Source: a virus (lineage: Duplodnaviria; Caudoviricetes). From it: a stretch of 64,000 nt of DNA. Positions 20,652-31,261 of the stretch are shown in pieces (positions within the stretch are counted from its first letter, which is position 1; each line of letters starts with the position of its first letter). A program made the position numbers and the translations under genes. The DNA lies in the IMG/VR virus record IMGVR_UViG_3300031949_000003. One strand, 5' to 3'. The notes under the pieces are model-generated. The model saw only the letters and a list, made by a program, of their open reading frames with translations. It did not search any database and had not been told where the DNA came from.

Positions 20652-21403
20652 GCGACTCTCCGCTGGGACGTGCGGCCGGTCTGCTTGAAGTAGCGCTCAC
20701 CAGCACGATGCCGCTCGATGGCGCGCTCGGCGGCGGCTTCGATCGGGGCAGGCAGCGCAAGATCTTCGCGCTCCAGGAGGAGCGGGTTCTCGAGTTCGGC
20801 GAGGTAGTCGTACGTGTCGTAGTAGTCATGCCGGTCGTGCATGGGATCGTCGGGCACGTCACGGCCCTCGGGATCGTACACACGGCCATCCACCCATAGG
20901 TCACGCCAGGCAGCCTCGATGGGTTCGGGATCTGGATCCGACCTGTCGTCCCAATCAGAGTCACGCGCGTCGTAGTCGTCGTAGTCACGCGAGACATGCA
21001 GGTAGCGAAACGCGTCCTCGTCGCAGTCCCAGTCCCAGTCGAAGGTGTCAGGCGTGTACTCGTACGGATCTGCGACGAAGCTGTCGACGCTGAAAGGATA
21101 GCCTCGATGATGCTTCGTGATCGTGTCCTTGAAGGTCGTGAGGTCGGTGCCGTGCAACCAGATCTTCGAATCGGCCTTGGCGAGTTCGAGGTCGAACAGG
21201 TCGCTCTCGATAGCGAGCCGTGCAATGAGGCGCGCGCGTTTCTTATCGGCACGCATCTCGACAAGCTGCGTCTGACTGCGCCGGAAGCCAGGGTTTGCGT
21301 GCTCACGATCGTCGGCCGTGGCGGAGGTACGGGCACGGCCACGGTTACTGCGCGGGCGCTTGTCGTCGTGACACTGGTTCTGTTTCTTTCCGTAACGCAG
21401 CAA
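20648..21403 (-). CDS. acidic Asp-rich hypothetical protein (start uncertain)
   Basis: Long ORF, GTGA overlap at 3' end. Confidence 0.5.
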   Translation of the reverse strand: MLRYGKKQNQCHDDKRPRSNRGRARTSATADDREHANPGFRRSQTQLVEMRADKKRARLIARLAIESDLFDLELAKADSKIWLHGTDLTTFKDTITKHHRGYPFSVDSFVADPYEYTPDTFDWDWDCDEDAFRYLHVSRDYDDYDARDSDWDDRSDPDPEPIEAAWRDLWVDGRVYDPEGRDVPDDPMHDRHDYYDTYDYLAELENPLLLEREDLALPAPIEAAAERAIERHRAGERYFKQTGRTSQRRVA

Positions 21404-21825
21404 TGGCCCTCCCCTCAGATCAAGTCCGCGCTGTGGATGTCGCCTGGCGTTTGACAGGTTCGACGCAGGAGTTCGCCTCCGGCAGCCGCTCGAACGCGCG
21501 CCGCTTTCTTACTCACGATCTCCGCTCCTGGAGGTAATCCGTCAAGGGAACAGGCGCGGCGTATCCTTGGGCGGCGCCCAGGTACTGCCGATCGTAGGGC
21601 GGATAGAACGGGCGACTAGTGCCGTTCGTCTCGCGACCACGCGTGCGCGCAGGCGTTTCGTCGTTGAAAAACTCGACTCCCTTCTCGAGCCACGTCGAAC
21701 CGGGGGTGTGAATGTAGTAGATGACGATCCATCGTGGGTACGTCAGCTGCGGCGTCGGCATCAGAATTGGACCTCTTGTTGAACTTGTTGGAAGTGCCGC
21801 CATTCGTTCCACGCCTATCCGGTTG

Positions 21826-22050
21826 TCACCCCGCATTGATGATCTCGGCCAAGCGTGCACGGGTTGCGGTCACCTCGGCATGATCCTCGGCACTGAGTGC
21901 GGGCATGAGCATGTGCGGAAACACGGCCATCTTGTAGATGCGCACGAATTCACGATCATTGTCCGTGTCCACGCCGCACGCGAATCGAGTGATAGCTTCC
22001 TTGACGCACGCGGAGATCTGCTCGTCCGTAAGGGTGTCAGCGGTGATCAT
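21826..22050 (-). CDS. hypothetical protein (TADTLTDEQI family)
   Basis: AAGGAG upstream; N-terminus like 381..578. Confidence 0.6.
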   Translation of the reverse strand: MITADTLTDEQISACVKEAITRFACGVDTDNDREFVRIYKMAVFPHMLMPALSAEDHAEVTATRARLAEIINAG

Positions 22051-22286
22051 TGGCACTCCTTGGGGTGACAACCGGATAAGCATGATTCGTTCTGCGGCAT
22101 GTAGAAGCGCGCTGTCGGGCTGCCCCGTAAAAACGCGGCGTAGGCGCGATGATTGCCGTCGGAAACGAACAGCTTCCCTAGTCGCCGTTTGGCACGCCGA
22201 CCCGTGTATCCGGCGATGCCCGGCGGCAGTGGCCCAGACATCTGTGCGTAGCGCTCAACACGTTCAATCTGCTTCAATGATAGCAC
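22047..22286 (-). pseudogene. ParB/Srx-like domain fragment
   Basis: LPP...FVSDGNHRAYAA; no convincing N-terminus. Confidence 0.45.
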
Positions 22287-22518
22287 AACCTGTGATCAGC
22301 AACTTCAACACGTCACTGCCTTGTCCATGGAGAGCTTCCGAGTGTACCGCCGACCGCCGAGGCGCACGGCATCCGTGCTCTACCCGACCACCGCACTACA
22401 CGCGTGAGTGCGTGATCGTACTTGCTCGGTCGGTTGACGATCGAGACCGCAAGGCGAATGACATGGGCCGCCACGACGAAACTGCCATTTTGTCCCTTGG
22501 CGCGGTAGGCTCAAGCCT

Positions 22519-22827
22519 ATGCACGAGCGTGGATGCTACGGTACGTGGGTAGGCCAAAGGACAGAGGCACCACCTCCTTTGGCGAAGCCGTCCACTGGTG
22601 GTCTTCTTGTGCTTCTTGGTATCGGCGTCGCCGGTGCCGTTGTGGCCATGACGATGTGGCCTCGAATGGACCCAAAAATCGAAGCACAGATCAAAGCCGG
22701 TGAGAAACGCTACAAAGAGGCGTATCCGACACGGGCTTCAAGGCGCGCTCGTGAAATCGAAATTGCGGGGATTCAAAAAGAGTGGCGTGAGAAAGGTTGG
22801 CGTCCGGGTCAACCAATCCCCAAGTAG
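22519..22827 (+). CDS. small single-pass membrane protein (RGxYG family)
   Basis: MHERGCYG, one hydrophobic segment, TAGGCT 7 nt upstream. Confidence 0.65.
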   Translation: MHERGCYGTWVGQRTEAPPPLAKPSTGGLLVLLGIGVAGAVVAMTMWPRMDPKIEAQIKAGEKRYKEAYPTRASRRAREIEIAGIQKEWREKGWRPGQPIPK

Positions 22828-23080
22828 CACGAGGCTAGGTAGTCCCTCGTCGACAACCCGCGCGCTCGATCGCAAGCATGCGCGTGACCGGCGGAGTCCC
22901 GCGCTCCAACGTAGATAAACGCGAGATCAAAGTCGCCGATACGTGATGGCTGAGACATGATCTCGTGGCTGCCCCGCAATCAATAATGCCGCCCCGGAAT
23001 CGCATCAGAGGCAACGGTCTAGAGGCAACGCCCAGCCCACTACACCGGATCGGGGCCGGCGCGGTCCGCCGTCAGTGCTT

Positions 23081-23199
23081 GAGTCGATGAGGTGTAGGGG
23101 TTTGATCGGAGCGTCATTCGGCGTAGGGTCCCGCTGCTACGAGCCCAAACGATGCGCCAACACCAAAAGCCGATGCCCACGAGAGAAGTTCGTCGTCAG
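23081..23199 (+). repeat. direct repeat, copy 2 (partner 14956-15074)
   Basis: Constant offset of 8125 bp. Confidence 0.9.
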
Positions 23200-23394
23200 T
23201 GCGAGCGCTTCACCGCTCGCCTGCTCGCGGAAGGCGCCAACCCCGACGAACTGGTCGGCCTGCTTCTGGGTTCGATGATGCGGATCATGCGCGACCGCGG
23301 CGTCTCGCGAGAGCTGTTCATGCAGGCAAGCGCGCTGCTCTGGGACAACAACAACCTGACCGACGTCCCCGCAGATCAAGACGGGCGCGGCTAA
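23152..23394 (+). CDS. hypothetical protein
   Basis: Intact version of the truncated ORF at 15027. Confidence 0.65.
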   Translation: MRQHQKPMPTREVRRQCERFTARLLAEGANPDELVGLLLGSMMRIMRDRGVSRELFMQASALLWDNNNLTDVPADQDGRG

Positions 23395-23396
23395 CA

Positions 23397-23567
23397 ATGA
23401 ACGACGGCCACGTCTTGGTGATCATCATCGCGGCATTCGTTGTCGTGCAGACGGTCGCGGTCGGCATCTACAAATACTTCCAAGCGCTGGCCGACCTGAA
23501 GAGCGCGGAGGCTTGCGTCCTTGTCGAAGCCGCAAAAAATCAAAACGAGAAGTCGAGCGCGCGTTGA
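23397..23567 (+). CDS. small membrane peptide, paralogue of 33100..33225
   Basis: MNDGHVLVIIIAAFVVVQ. Confidence 0.65.
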   Translation: MNDGHVLVIIIAAFVVVQTVAVGIYKYFQALADLKSAEACVLVEAAKNQNEKSSAR

Positions 23568-23900
23568 TCGACGGCTTCGTCGAACTGAAGTGCTGTGGAG
23601 CGAGCGTCGGCTTCGTGAACCCGCGACTGTTCACGGCCGCGGCCAGTAAACGATTCGCCGCGATCCAGCAGAAGCTCGGCAACACATGGACAGAGGATCC
23701 CGAGGCCAAGGCCCTGGTCGCCGATCCGGCGTCCTACGGACCCCCGCCCGACGGCACGCCGATCCTGTTCTCCTGCGGTCGCTGCGGTGCCCATTTCACG
23801 TGGATCGGCGGCGTTCCCGTGCGGGCGTCCTCGTCGTAAACCTTCCCTAGCAGATCTCTCTCTTGTCAGATCTGCCTTCTGTCGCAGTAGAGTCCTCCCG

Positions 23901-24215
23901 ATGCCCGCCTGCTCACCGAACCGCCCGCCACGCGAAGTCATCGATCGCCTGATCGACGAAGTCGCGTGGGCAAAAACTTGTATGCTCATCGCCGCTGCGA
24001 CCAAACCAAGCAGCCCCGAACGCGAGCACGAGATGGAGAAGCTCCGCGCTGCCATCGTCGAGCCACGCCGCGTCATCGACGAAGCCTTCGGCAAAGGACA
24101 GTCCCTGCCGCGTGAAGTCCTCATCGCGCTGCGCACGTGCGAGCTGGCGATTCCCAAGCTCGACGCCGGCGCGGTCCTCCGCCAGCAGGCCGAGACGCCT
24201 GGAGGAGCGCCGTGA
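23901..24215 (+). CDS. hypothetical protein
   Basis: TAGAGT 7 nt upstream; GTGA overlap downstream. Confidence 0.6.
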   Translation: MPACSPNRPPREVIDRLIDEVAWAKTCMLIAAATKPSSPEREHEMEKLRAAIVEPRRVIDEAFGKGQSLPREVLIALRTCELAIPKLDAGAVLRQQAETPGGAP

Positions 24216-24625
24216 ACGCGTTCCAGGAGAAACCCGCTCCACCGACCTCGTGTCCCGACACCTTCCACCTGTGCCTGCGATCGGCGGAGCATGCCGGATT
24301 CAGCGTCCTCGATCGCGCCACCGGCAAAGAGACTGCGGCGGTCGATGAGTCCCAAGCTCGCCAGATCGCCGAGCGAGACTACCCAGGTTGTGAGTTCGCT
24401 CTATCCACGATCACGAACGCGCGCGGAAATGCCGCGCCGTCCGGTGTACCGGACGCCGTGGTCGTTGCGGTCCTCCGTCGACTCGACGACGCGCGCTGCG
24501 AGGTCGTCGCCTACGTGGTGGCGAGTGTGATGGGCGAGGCGTGCATCCCGTTCTCGGCGAACATCTGGACGGGCGTCAAGGATCACCTCCCACACGATCA
24601 CCGCCGCCCGAGGAAACGTTCATGA
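24212..24625 (+). CDS. hypothetical protein
   Basis: GGAGGAG upstream; overlaps dnaJ start. Confidence 0.6.
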   Translation: MNAFQEKPAPPTSCPDTFHLCLRSAEHAGFSVLDRATGKETAAVDESQARQIAERDYPGCEFALSTITNARGNAAPSGVPDAVVVAVLRRLDDARCEVVAYVVASVMGEACIPFSANIWTGVKDHLPHDHRRPRKRS

Positions 24626-25749
24626 ACGCGCAGCCCGGATCGCGAGATCTCTACGAGGTACTCGGCGTCCCGCGCGGCGCGACGCCGGCCGACCTGAAGA
24701 AGGCATACCGCCAGATGGCGCAGCAGTACCATCCCGACAAGTGCCCCAACGACAAGAGCGCAGAGGAGAAGTTCAAGGAGGCCGCGAATGCGTACCAGAT
24801 CCTCTCCGACGACCAGCAGCGCGCGACCTACGACCGCTTCGGCTTCGACGGCCTGCGGCGCGGCGGAGGTGACCCTGGAGCTGGCCCAGGGTTTGGCGGC
24901 TTCAACAACGTCGAGGACATCTTCTCCGCGTTCGGCGACTTGTTCAGCGACTTCTTCACCGGACGGGGACGGGGACGCCAGCCGGGACGCGGCGCGGATC
25001 TGCGCACCGAGCTATCGATCGCTTTTCACGAAGCCATCTGGGGCGTGCGTAGAGACATCGAGATCACGCGAGCGGTCGGCTGCTCGACGTGTCGCTCGAC
25101 AGGTGCCGCCCCAGGTGTCAAAGCGGAGGTGTGTCTCGGGTGCCAGGGTAAGGGGCAGGTCGTCCACGCCCAAGGCTTCTTCATGGTGCAGACGACGTGC
25201 TCGCGGTGCCAGGGTGCCGGCAAGACGATCAAAGAGCCCTGCCGCGACTGCCGTGGGCGCGGCGTCCGATCAGAGACGTCCGGGTTGACCGTGGCCGTAC
25301 CGGCCGGCGTCGACGACGGTCAGTCGCTGCGCATCGCCGGGAAAGGCGAGAGCTTCCCTGGGGCTGGTGGCACCTCCGGCGATCTCTACGTCGTGCTGAG
25401 GATCGGTACCGACGATCGGTTCGAGCGCGACGGCGACGACGTCGTCAGCGAAGTCCCGATCAGCTTCTTCCAGGCTGCGCTCGGCGGTGAAGTCGAAGTC
25501 GACACGCTCGACGAAGGCTGCGAGGGAACCGTGATCTTGGAGCTCAGGCCCGGAACCCAGCCCGGCGACGAGATCGTGCGCCGCGGGCAGGGCGTCCCAC
25601 ACGTCGGAGACCACGGGCGCGGCGATCACTACGTCCGCTTCGTCGTCGAGATTCCCAAGAAACTGACAGCCAAGCAGGAGAAGCTCCTGCGCGAAGTGGC
25701 CGAAGACTTCCGCGTCGAGCGGCGACCCAAGAAGAAAGGGAAGCGGTGA
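24622..25749 (+). CDS. dnaJ: chaperone DnaJ (class A)
   Basis: J-domain with HPD, G/F region, four CxxCxxxG repeats, C-terminal domain. Confidence 0.97.
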   Translation: MNAQPGSRDLYEVLGVPRGATPADLKKAYRQMAQQYHPDKCPNDKSAEEKFKEAANAYQILSDDQQRATYDRFGFDGLRRGGGDPGAGPGFGGFNNVEDIFSAFGDLFSDFFTGRGRGRQPGRGADLRTELSIAFHEAIWGVRRDIEITRAVGCSTCRSTGAAPGVKAEVCLGCQGKGQVVHAQGFFMVQTTCSRCQGAGKTIKEPCRDCRGRGVRSETSGLTVAVPAGVDDGQSLRIAGKGESFPGAGGTSGDLYVVLRIGTDDRFERDGDDVVSEVPISFFQAALGGEVEVDTLDEGCEGTVILELRPGTQPGDEIVRRGQGVPHVGDHGRGDHYVRFVVEIPKKLTAKQEKLLREVAEDFRVERRPKKKGKR

Positions 25750-26229
25750 CAGAAACCCGCGCCACGCTGCCGCAGTGCCGGCACGCGAAGCCATGGAAGA
25801 CGTGCGCCACCTGCGCGCGTCAGGCGTGGTGCGAGGACTGTGGTGCGCACATCGAGCTGGAAGCGCCGCCGCACTCGCGGGAGACCGTCACGTGCGCGGA
25901 GTGCGTCGATCGGATGATCCGCAGACCGCCGACGCGGTTACATGCGTTCGGCTGCGACTGCGACGCATGCGAGCACTTTCGCGCGGAGTACGGATCGTGA
26001 GCGTGGAAAAGAGCGTCCGCATCGTACGAGGGCTGCGCCTCGTGTCCACGCTCCCCGGCTTCTGGAGGCCTGAGTCCGATCCTGGCGCACTGTTTCAGCA
26101 CATGGGCACGACGCGACTGGGCACAACAGGCGTGCGCTATACCGTAGAACGCTGGCTCACGCCGACAGGTGAAGGGGCGATGAGCCTCGACGGAGCCGTG
26201 AAGCGCTATCTCGCGAGGAAATCTTCCTC

Positions 26230-26388
26230 GTGAGCGCGAAGAAGAAACAGCTCGGAGGACTTGGGGCTATGCTGCTCGTGATTTGGGCGTTGCCGGGAAT
26301 CGGCCTATCGACGCTAGCGCTGATCTGGCTCGCACGAAAACCCAAACCAGACGCCGCACCTGTGAACGAACGCGGTCGGTACGGATGA
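26230..26388 (+). CDS. 52-aa membrane peptide ending in NERGRYG
   Basis: Own translation; overlap-coupled on both sides. Confidence 0.55.
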   Translation: MSAKKKQLGGLGAMLLVIWALPGIGLSTLALIWLARKPKPDAAPVNERGRYG

Positions 26389-26521
26389 GAATACTCCGGC
26401 GCCTCTTCTGCGCAGTGACGTGGCATTCATGGGTGCCGATGTTGGTCGAAGCGCGCGCTCTCTGCGAATGCTCGTTCTGCGGGACCCGGCGATGGATCTC
26501 GCTCTCCTGCTTCGATAAGCG

Positions 26522-26713
26522 ATGAATCAACGACGACTCAAGATGCGCGAGCGCACGCGCGCGGTAACATGCCCGACGTGCGACGCACTACCAGGCGCGA
26601 GCTGCTCTATGAACACGCGGGACGAACCCGACGTGCATCCTCGTCGCATCGCGCTTGCAGATCGCACGGTGTTCGCGCGATCAATACTTGCACTCACAAT
26701 CGGAGATCCGTAG
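26522..26713 (+). CDS. CPxC...C...H zinc-finger protein
   Basis: VTCPTCDALPGASC...HPRR. Confidence 0.6.
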   Translation: MNQRRLKMRERTRAVTCPTCDALPGASCSMNTRDEPDVHPRRIALADRTVFARSILALTIGDP

Positions 26714-27143
26714 CGTGAGCGTCGTGGTGGTGACAACGATCTCGTGTGACGCCTCGATCCTGCGCTGCTCGAGCTGCCAGGTAGAAGTCGCGACGGCAGT
26801 CGCCGTATCCGACGTCGATTGCCGGCTATGCGGTGGCGTGATGCAGTTCGATCGTCGCTGCGAGACAGGTTTCTCGCTGCACAAGGACTCCATCTTGATC
26901 CGCTGCATCGCGGAGAACAAAGACGGCTGGCGCTGCGAGGACAAGGGCGGACGCGACTTCTGCCGCGAGCACACGCATCTCGCGAATCCTGCTCGTGTGT
27001 CGCAACCGACGCCACGCGCGATCGGCGACGCGTGAAGGCCACTGGATTGAATGAGAGGTCACGCCGTGTTCAGCGCGCCAAGAAGGCGGCTCGTGCGTAC
27101 ATCCAATCGATGGTGAAGCCCTCGAAGGCCACGCGGAAGGCTG

Positions 27144-27220
27144 CGCAGAAGCGCTACCTCGCATCGCCGAAGGGGAAGGCCACGCAGAAGCGCTACCTCG
27201 CATCGCTGAAGGCGAAGGCC
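27144..27220 (+). repeat. 39-bp tandem duplication (QKRYLASPKGKAT) in basic ORF 27032..27241
   Basis: Two near-identical units. Confidence 0.85.
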
Positions 27221-27244
27221 GCAATGAAGAAGAAGGCGTAGCCC

Positions 27245-27685
27245 TTGTTAAGCAAGAAGGAACTCGAAGCACAGGCGATGGTCGCGCTCGACGCCTTCGA
27301 AGAAGAGGATCCGCGTGCCGCCGTACTCCTCGTGCCCATCCACACAAACGTGATCGCGCACGGCGAGCGAGAGGGGCGCAAGGACTACGAGGGCCGTGCC
27401 AAGGACGTAGCAGCAGGTCTGGGGGATCCTGAATGGGTGTGGCCGTACCTCAACGCCGCCGACGCTCACCTCGACGCGATCGGAATCCACTGGATTGCGC
27501 GAGCGATTGGAATTCCAGTGCGCCTATGGGAACACGTCTCGGAAGCGTGGCTCGAAGCGTTCAAGCGCGGCTACATCGCGGCGGGCGAAGCTGGAGCTGC
27601 CGCTACGCGCAAGAAGGCAGCGCAGCTCGATCGCGAGATCGCCGAGGCGCTCAGTGCGCGCCCTGGACGGAGCCGCGGAAGATGA
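27245..27685 (+). CDS. hypothetical protein with C-terminal QLDREI tag
   Basis: RKKAAQLDREIAEAL. Confidence 0.7.
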   Translation: MLSKKELEAQAMVALDAFEEEDPRAAVLLVPIHTNVIAHGEREGRKDYEGRAKDVAAGLGDPEWVWPYLNAADAHLDAIGIHWIARAIGIPVRLWEHVSEAWLEAFKRGYIAAGEAGAAATRKKAAQLDREIAEALSARPGRSRGR

Positions 27686-27833
27686 GCGGTCCGCCAGTCT
27701 TCCGCGCGCGTTTCGTTACGTGAATGGGGTTGCCTCGCATTCGAGATGCTTGCCTCCGAATCAGCTCGTCGCGGAACGGTCTGGAGTCAAAGCCTAGCTA
27801 GCCTAGCTGACTCGCATGAGATCTCCTTGTGGT

Positions 27834-28979
27834 CTATGTGCCGATCGCAAACAAGTATGCCCGCCCCGGACCGCCGTCGCCGCCGTCGGTCGTATTGACC
27901 GCGCCGCCACGCGCTCCACCGGCGCCGCCTACCACGCTCACCGTCGGGAAGGCGCCGCTCGTGACCACCGTGGCGATGCCGCCGCCGCCACCACCGCCAC
28001 CACCGCCTTTGGTTCCACCGGAGGCACCGCCGTTGCCGCCCCTGGCCTCGATCGAGCCCACACCCGTGATCGTGCGCGCGCACACGACGCCGTTCGCGCC
28101 ACTCGCACCACCGCCACCGCCACCACCACCAACGGCGTCACCCGCTGCCCCATGACCGCCGCCGCCACTGGAGCTGGTGCCGAGTTGGGCGTTGACGACG
28201 TTTCGGCCGGCAACGGCCTGCGCGATCACGAAGCCGTGATGCGCGTTGAGAAACTGATTCGTCGTCGGCAGGGCGGTGACGGTCCCGCCGCCTGTACCGG
28301 CGTTATTGGCGCCACCGCCGCCGCCTTGCAGGCTTCCGCCATCCGAGCCCGCGGCTCCAATACCGATCGCGCCCCCGATATGCGTCGAGGTCGGTGGCTG
28401 TCCGGCGCTGCCGCTACCACCGCTACCGGCGTCTGCGGCGCCGCCGGTAAACGTCACGCCATTAGTCACGCCACTATTGAGGGGCTTGGTCGCTGGGTCC
28501 CATGGACGCACCCCACCGGTACCGCCGGCCGTGACGCCGCCATCCGAACCAGCACCGCCGTTGCTCGTGATCTTGCCGTTGAGTACGAGCGCGCCAAGTA
28601 CGAACAGCCGGTAGCCACCAGTGACGACCTCGACGCCTGCATCGACTGTCATCGACGACGCAAACGTATCGCGCGTGAGTGTGTAGATGCCCGCCGCCGG
28701 AACGATCGACAGGCCGAAGAAACCAGAGCCGGTGACAGTCGACACGCCGTCGAACACGAGCGCGCCGTCGATCCCTGTGCCATACCAGCGCGAGCCGATG
28801 CCGGTGACGTCGATCGTCAGCTGATAGACCGCGGAGTCCTCGGTCTGCGCGAACAGCTGCGAGATGCCGCCCACGTCTTTGGAATAGACCTGTACGAGAT
28901 CGGCGACCGCGCCTGGATCGAGCGTGCGTTCAAGGAGCTTCAAGACGTGCGCACCCGCGCGGCGAATCAAGTTGGTCAT
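27834..28979 (-). CDS. glycine-rich fibre/tail-like protein, paralogue 3
   Basis: WYGTGIDGALVFDG...YTLTRD...GYRLFV followed by poly-Gly blocks. Confidence 0.8.
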   Translation of the reverse strand: MTNLIRRAGAHVLKLLERTLDPGAVADLVQVYSKDVGGISQLFAQTEDSAVYQLTIDVTGIGSRWYGTGIDGALVFDGVSTVTGSGFFGLSIVPAAGIYTLTRDTFASSMTVDAGVEVVTGGYRLFVLGALVLNGKITSNGGAGSDGGVTAGGTGGVRPWDPATKPLNSGVTNGVTFTGGAADAGSGGSGSAGQPPTSTHIGGAIGIGAAGSDGGSLQGGGGGANNAGTGGGTVTALPTTNQFLNAHHGFVIAQAVAGRNVVNAQLGTSSSGGGGHGAAGDAVGGGGGGGGASGANGVVCARTITGVGSIEARGGNGGASGGTKGGGGGGGGGGIATVVTSGAFPTVSVVGGAGGARGGAVNTTDGGDGGPGRAYLFAIGT

Positions 28980-30079
28980 AGGCCCACCAAGCGATACGTG
29001 ACTACCTGCCCGTTACCGCCAGTGCCCCCTGGCTGGGCTCCAACCGTGGCACCTGCTGCCCCAGCTGCGCCGCCGGATGCACTCGTCGTCGGCAACGTGC
29101 TGGACGTGGTGATAAGCATCAGCAAAGCACCTCCACCACCACCGCCACCACCGCCGCCCAGGTTGCCATTGCCGCCGTTGCCGCCGTTGGCAGTGATCGA
29201 TCCTGCGCCCGTGATCGTGCGCGCGCTCACGACAATCGAGCCCGCACTGCCACCACCACCGCCACCACCGCCGCTGATCGATCCACCGCGTCCACCACCG
29301 CCGCTGGAGGGCGTCATGTCGACATCGGCGTTATTGATCGTACGCGCGCAAATTGCTTGCAAGAGATCTTGCGTGTGGTGCGAGTTGACGAGCTGATTGC
29401 CGACCACCAGCGCGGCGACGGTCGCGCCCGCCGTGCCGATGTCATTTGCGCCACCGCCACCGCCAGCAAACAGTCCGCCGTTCGCACCCGCTGCGGTAGC
29501 GCCCGCCTGGGCACCATACCATGCAGCAGTGCCGCCGACTCCAGCGACACCGGCAGCGGTGACAGCACCACCCGCGCCGCCCGCGAGTCCGCGCCAGAGT
29601 AGTGCGCCGAGTCCCGCGGCGCCCGCGGCGCCCGCGGCGTTGCCCGCGCTGTTGCCGCCGTTGCCGCCATTGTTGTGAATGAGGCCGCCGAGCGCGAGCG
29701 CGTTGGAAACGAAGATCCGATAGCCGTTGTTCTTGATCGTCGCGCCCACGGCCAACGTCAAATTGTTCGCGAAGATGTCGCGCGTCAGCGTGTACACCGT
29801 CGCGACTGGAGCCAACGAAAGCCCTGCGAAGCCGGTGACCGTCGCAGCGCCATCGAAGTTCAGATTGCCGTCGATCCCAGAGCCGAACCACTCCGAGCCT
29901 GAAGTCGCCGCAGCAGTCAGTTGATAGATCGTCCCGTCGCTTGCGCGTGCGAACAGCTGCGCGATTCCGTTTACGTCCATCGGATACATCTGCACCTCGT
30001 TGGCGGCCGCTGCTGGATCGAGCGCCAGACGCAGCAAGCGCAAGAGGTCGGCGCCTGCGCGCCTGAACAAGCTGCTCAT
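28976..30079 (-). CDS. glycine-rich fibre/tail-like protein, paralogue 2
   Basis: Same architecture; ATGA overlaps. Confidence 0.8.
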   Translation of the reverse strand: MSSLFRRAGADLLRLLRLALDPAAAANEVQMYPMDVNGIAQLFARASDGTIYQLTAAATSGSEWFGSGIDGNLNFDGAATVTGFAGLSLAPVATVYTLTRDIFANNLTLAVGATIKNNGYRIFVSNALALGGLIHNNGGNGGNSAGNAAGAAGAAGLGALLWRGLAGGAGGAVTAAGVAGVGGTAAWYGAQAGATAAGANGGLFAGGGGGANDIGTAGATVAALVVGNQLVNSHHTQDLLQAICARTINNADVDMTPSSGGGGRGGSISGGGGGGGGSAGSIVVSARTITGAGSITANGGNGGNGNLGGGGGGGGGGALLMLITTSSTLPTTSASGGAAGAAGATVGAQPGGTGGNGQVVTYRLVGL

Positions 30080-31188
30080 GATCCGGTCACCGTGAAGAGG
30101 TACGTGATCCCGGTGCCGCCCGAGCCACCGGCCGTACTGGCGCCGCCACCACCGGCCGCCCCGCCCACGCCACCAACCACGCTCACTGTCGGGAATGCAC
30201 CGCTCGTAACGACCGACGCGATGCCACCGGCACCGCCACCACCACCGCCGCCGTCGGTGTTGCCGTTGCCACCGTTGCCACCCTGGGACTCGATCGTTCC
30301 AGCTCCGATGATAAATCGCGCGCACACCACGACACCGCCACCGCTCGCGCCACTGCCACCGCCACCGCCAGCGCCCGCGCCCGAGGCCCCGCGCCCGCCG
30401 CCACCGCTCGAGCCGGTCGACATCTGAACGCCATTGATGGTGCGGCCATTGACGGCCTGGTAGAGCACGAAGTGCTGCGTGCCATTGAGGGCCGAGATGC
30501 CGGTGATCCCGGGCGCAATCGCCCCGATGGTCCCCGCGTCGTTCGCGCCACCGCCACCGCCAGCGCACACGCCACCGTTGCCGCCGGCCGCCGTGTTCGC
30601 GGTCTGACTCCCAAGATGTCCTGGCGTCCCAACGGTACCGTTGACGCCCGCGCCCGTCGGAGCCCCACCAAGGGAGCCAGCAGCTCCTCCGTACAGAACC
30701 GCCGATACCGACGCGACCGCGCCTGCGGCACCCGCGGCGACCGCCGTGGCATTGCCTCCGGCGCCACCGTTTTGCGAGATCGCACCGTCGAGTGTCAGCG
30801 TATTGAGCACGAACACGCGATAACCGGCGGTCACCACACGCACGCCCGCGTCGACTGTCATATCCGTCGCGAAAATATCGCGTGTGAGCGTGTAGACGCT
30901 GGCCACCGGAACGAGTGACAACGCGGCGAAGCCCGTGCCAGTAACCGTCGCGGCGCCATCGAACACGAGCGGTCCGTCGATGCCCGTGCCGTACCAGGCC
31001 AACCCGCCCCCACTTGGGATCGGCGGGACGAGCAGGTAGATCGTTCCGTCGCTTGTTCGCGCATACGATCGAGTGACCCCAGCGTCATCCTGTCCGTAGA
31101 TCTGGACCTGGTTCGCAACCGCTGCGGGAGCCGCGACGCTCGCCAGGACGCGCAAGATCTCAGCGGCGGCTCGACGGACGAGGCTCAC
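30076..31188 (-). CDS. glycine-rich fibre/tail-like protein, paralogue 1
   Basis: Same architecture; AGGAG before GTG 31188. Confidence 0.8.
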   Translation of the reverse strand: MSLVRRAAAEILRVLASVAAPAAVANQVQIYGQDDAGVTRSYARTSDGTIYLLVPPIPSGGGLAWYGTGIDGPLVFDGAATVTGTGFAALSLVPVASVYTLTRDIFATDMTVDAGVRVVTAGYRVFVLNTLTLDGAISQNGGAGGNATAVAAGAAGAVASVSAVLYGGAAGSLGGAPTGAGVNGTVGTPGHLGSQTANTAAGGNGGVCAGGGGGANDAGTIGAIAPGITGISALNGTQHFVLYQAVNGRTINGVQMSTGSSGGGGRGASGAGAGGGGGSGASGGGVVVCARFIIGAGTIESQGGNGGNGNTDGGGGGGGAGGIASVVTSGAFPTVSVVGGVGGAAGGGGASTAGGSGGTGITYLFTVTGS

Positions 31189-31261
31189 AAGCAGTCTCCT
31201 GTCGAGTGCCCGAGCTTGAGCAACCTCAGACGCGCGGCGCCTGCGTTGCGAATGCGCGACA

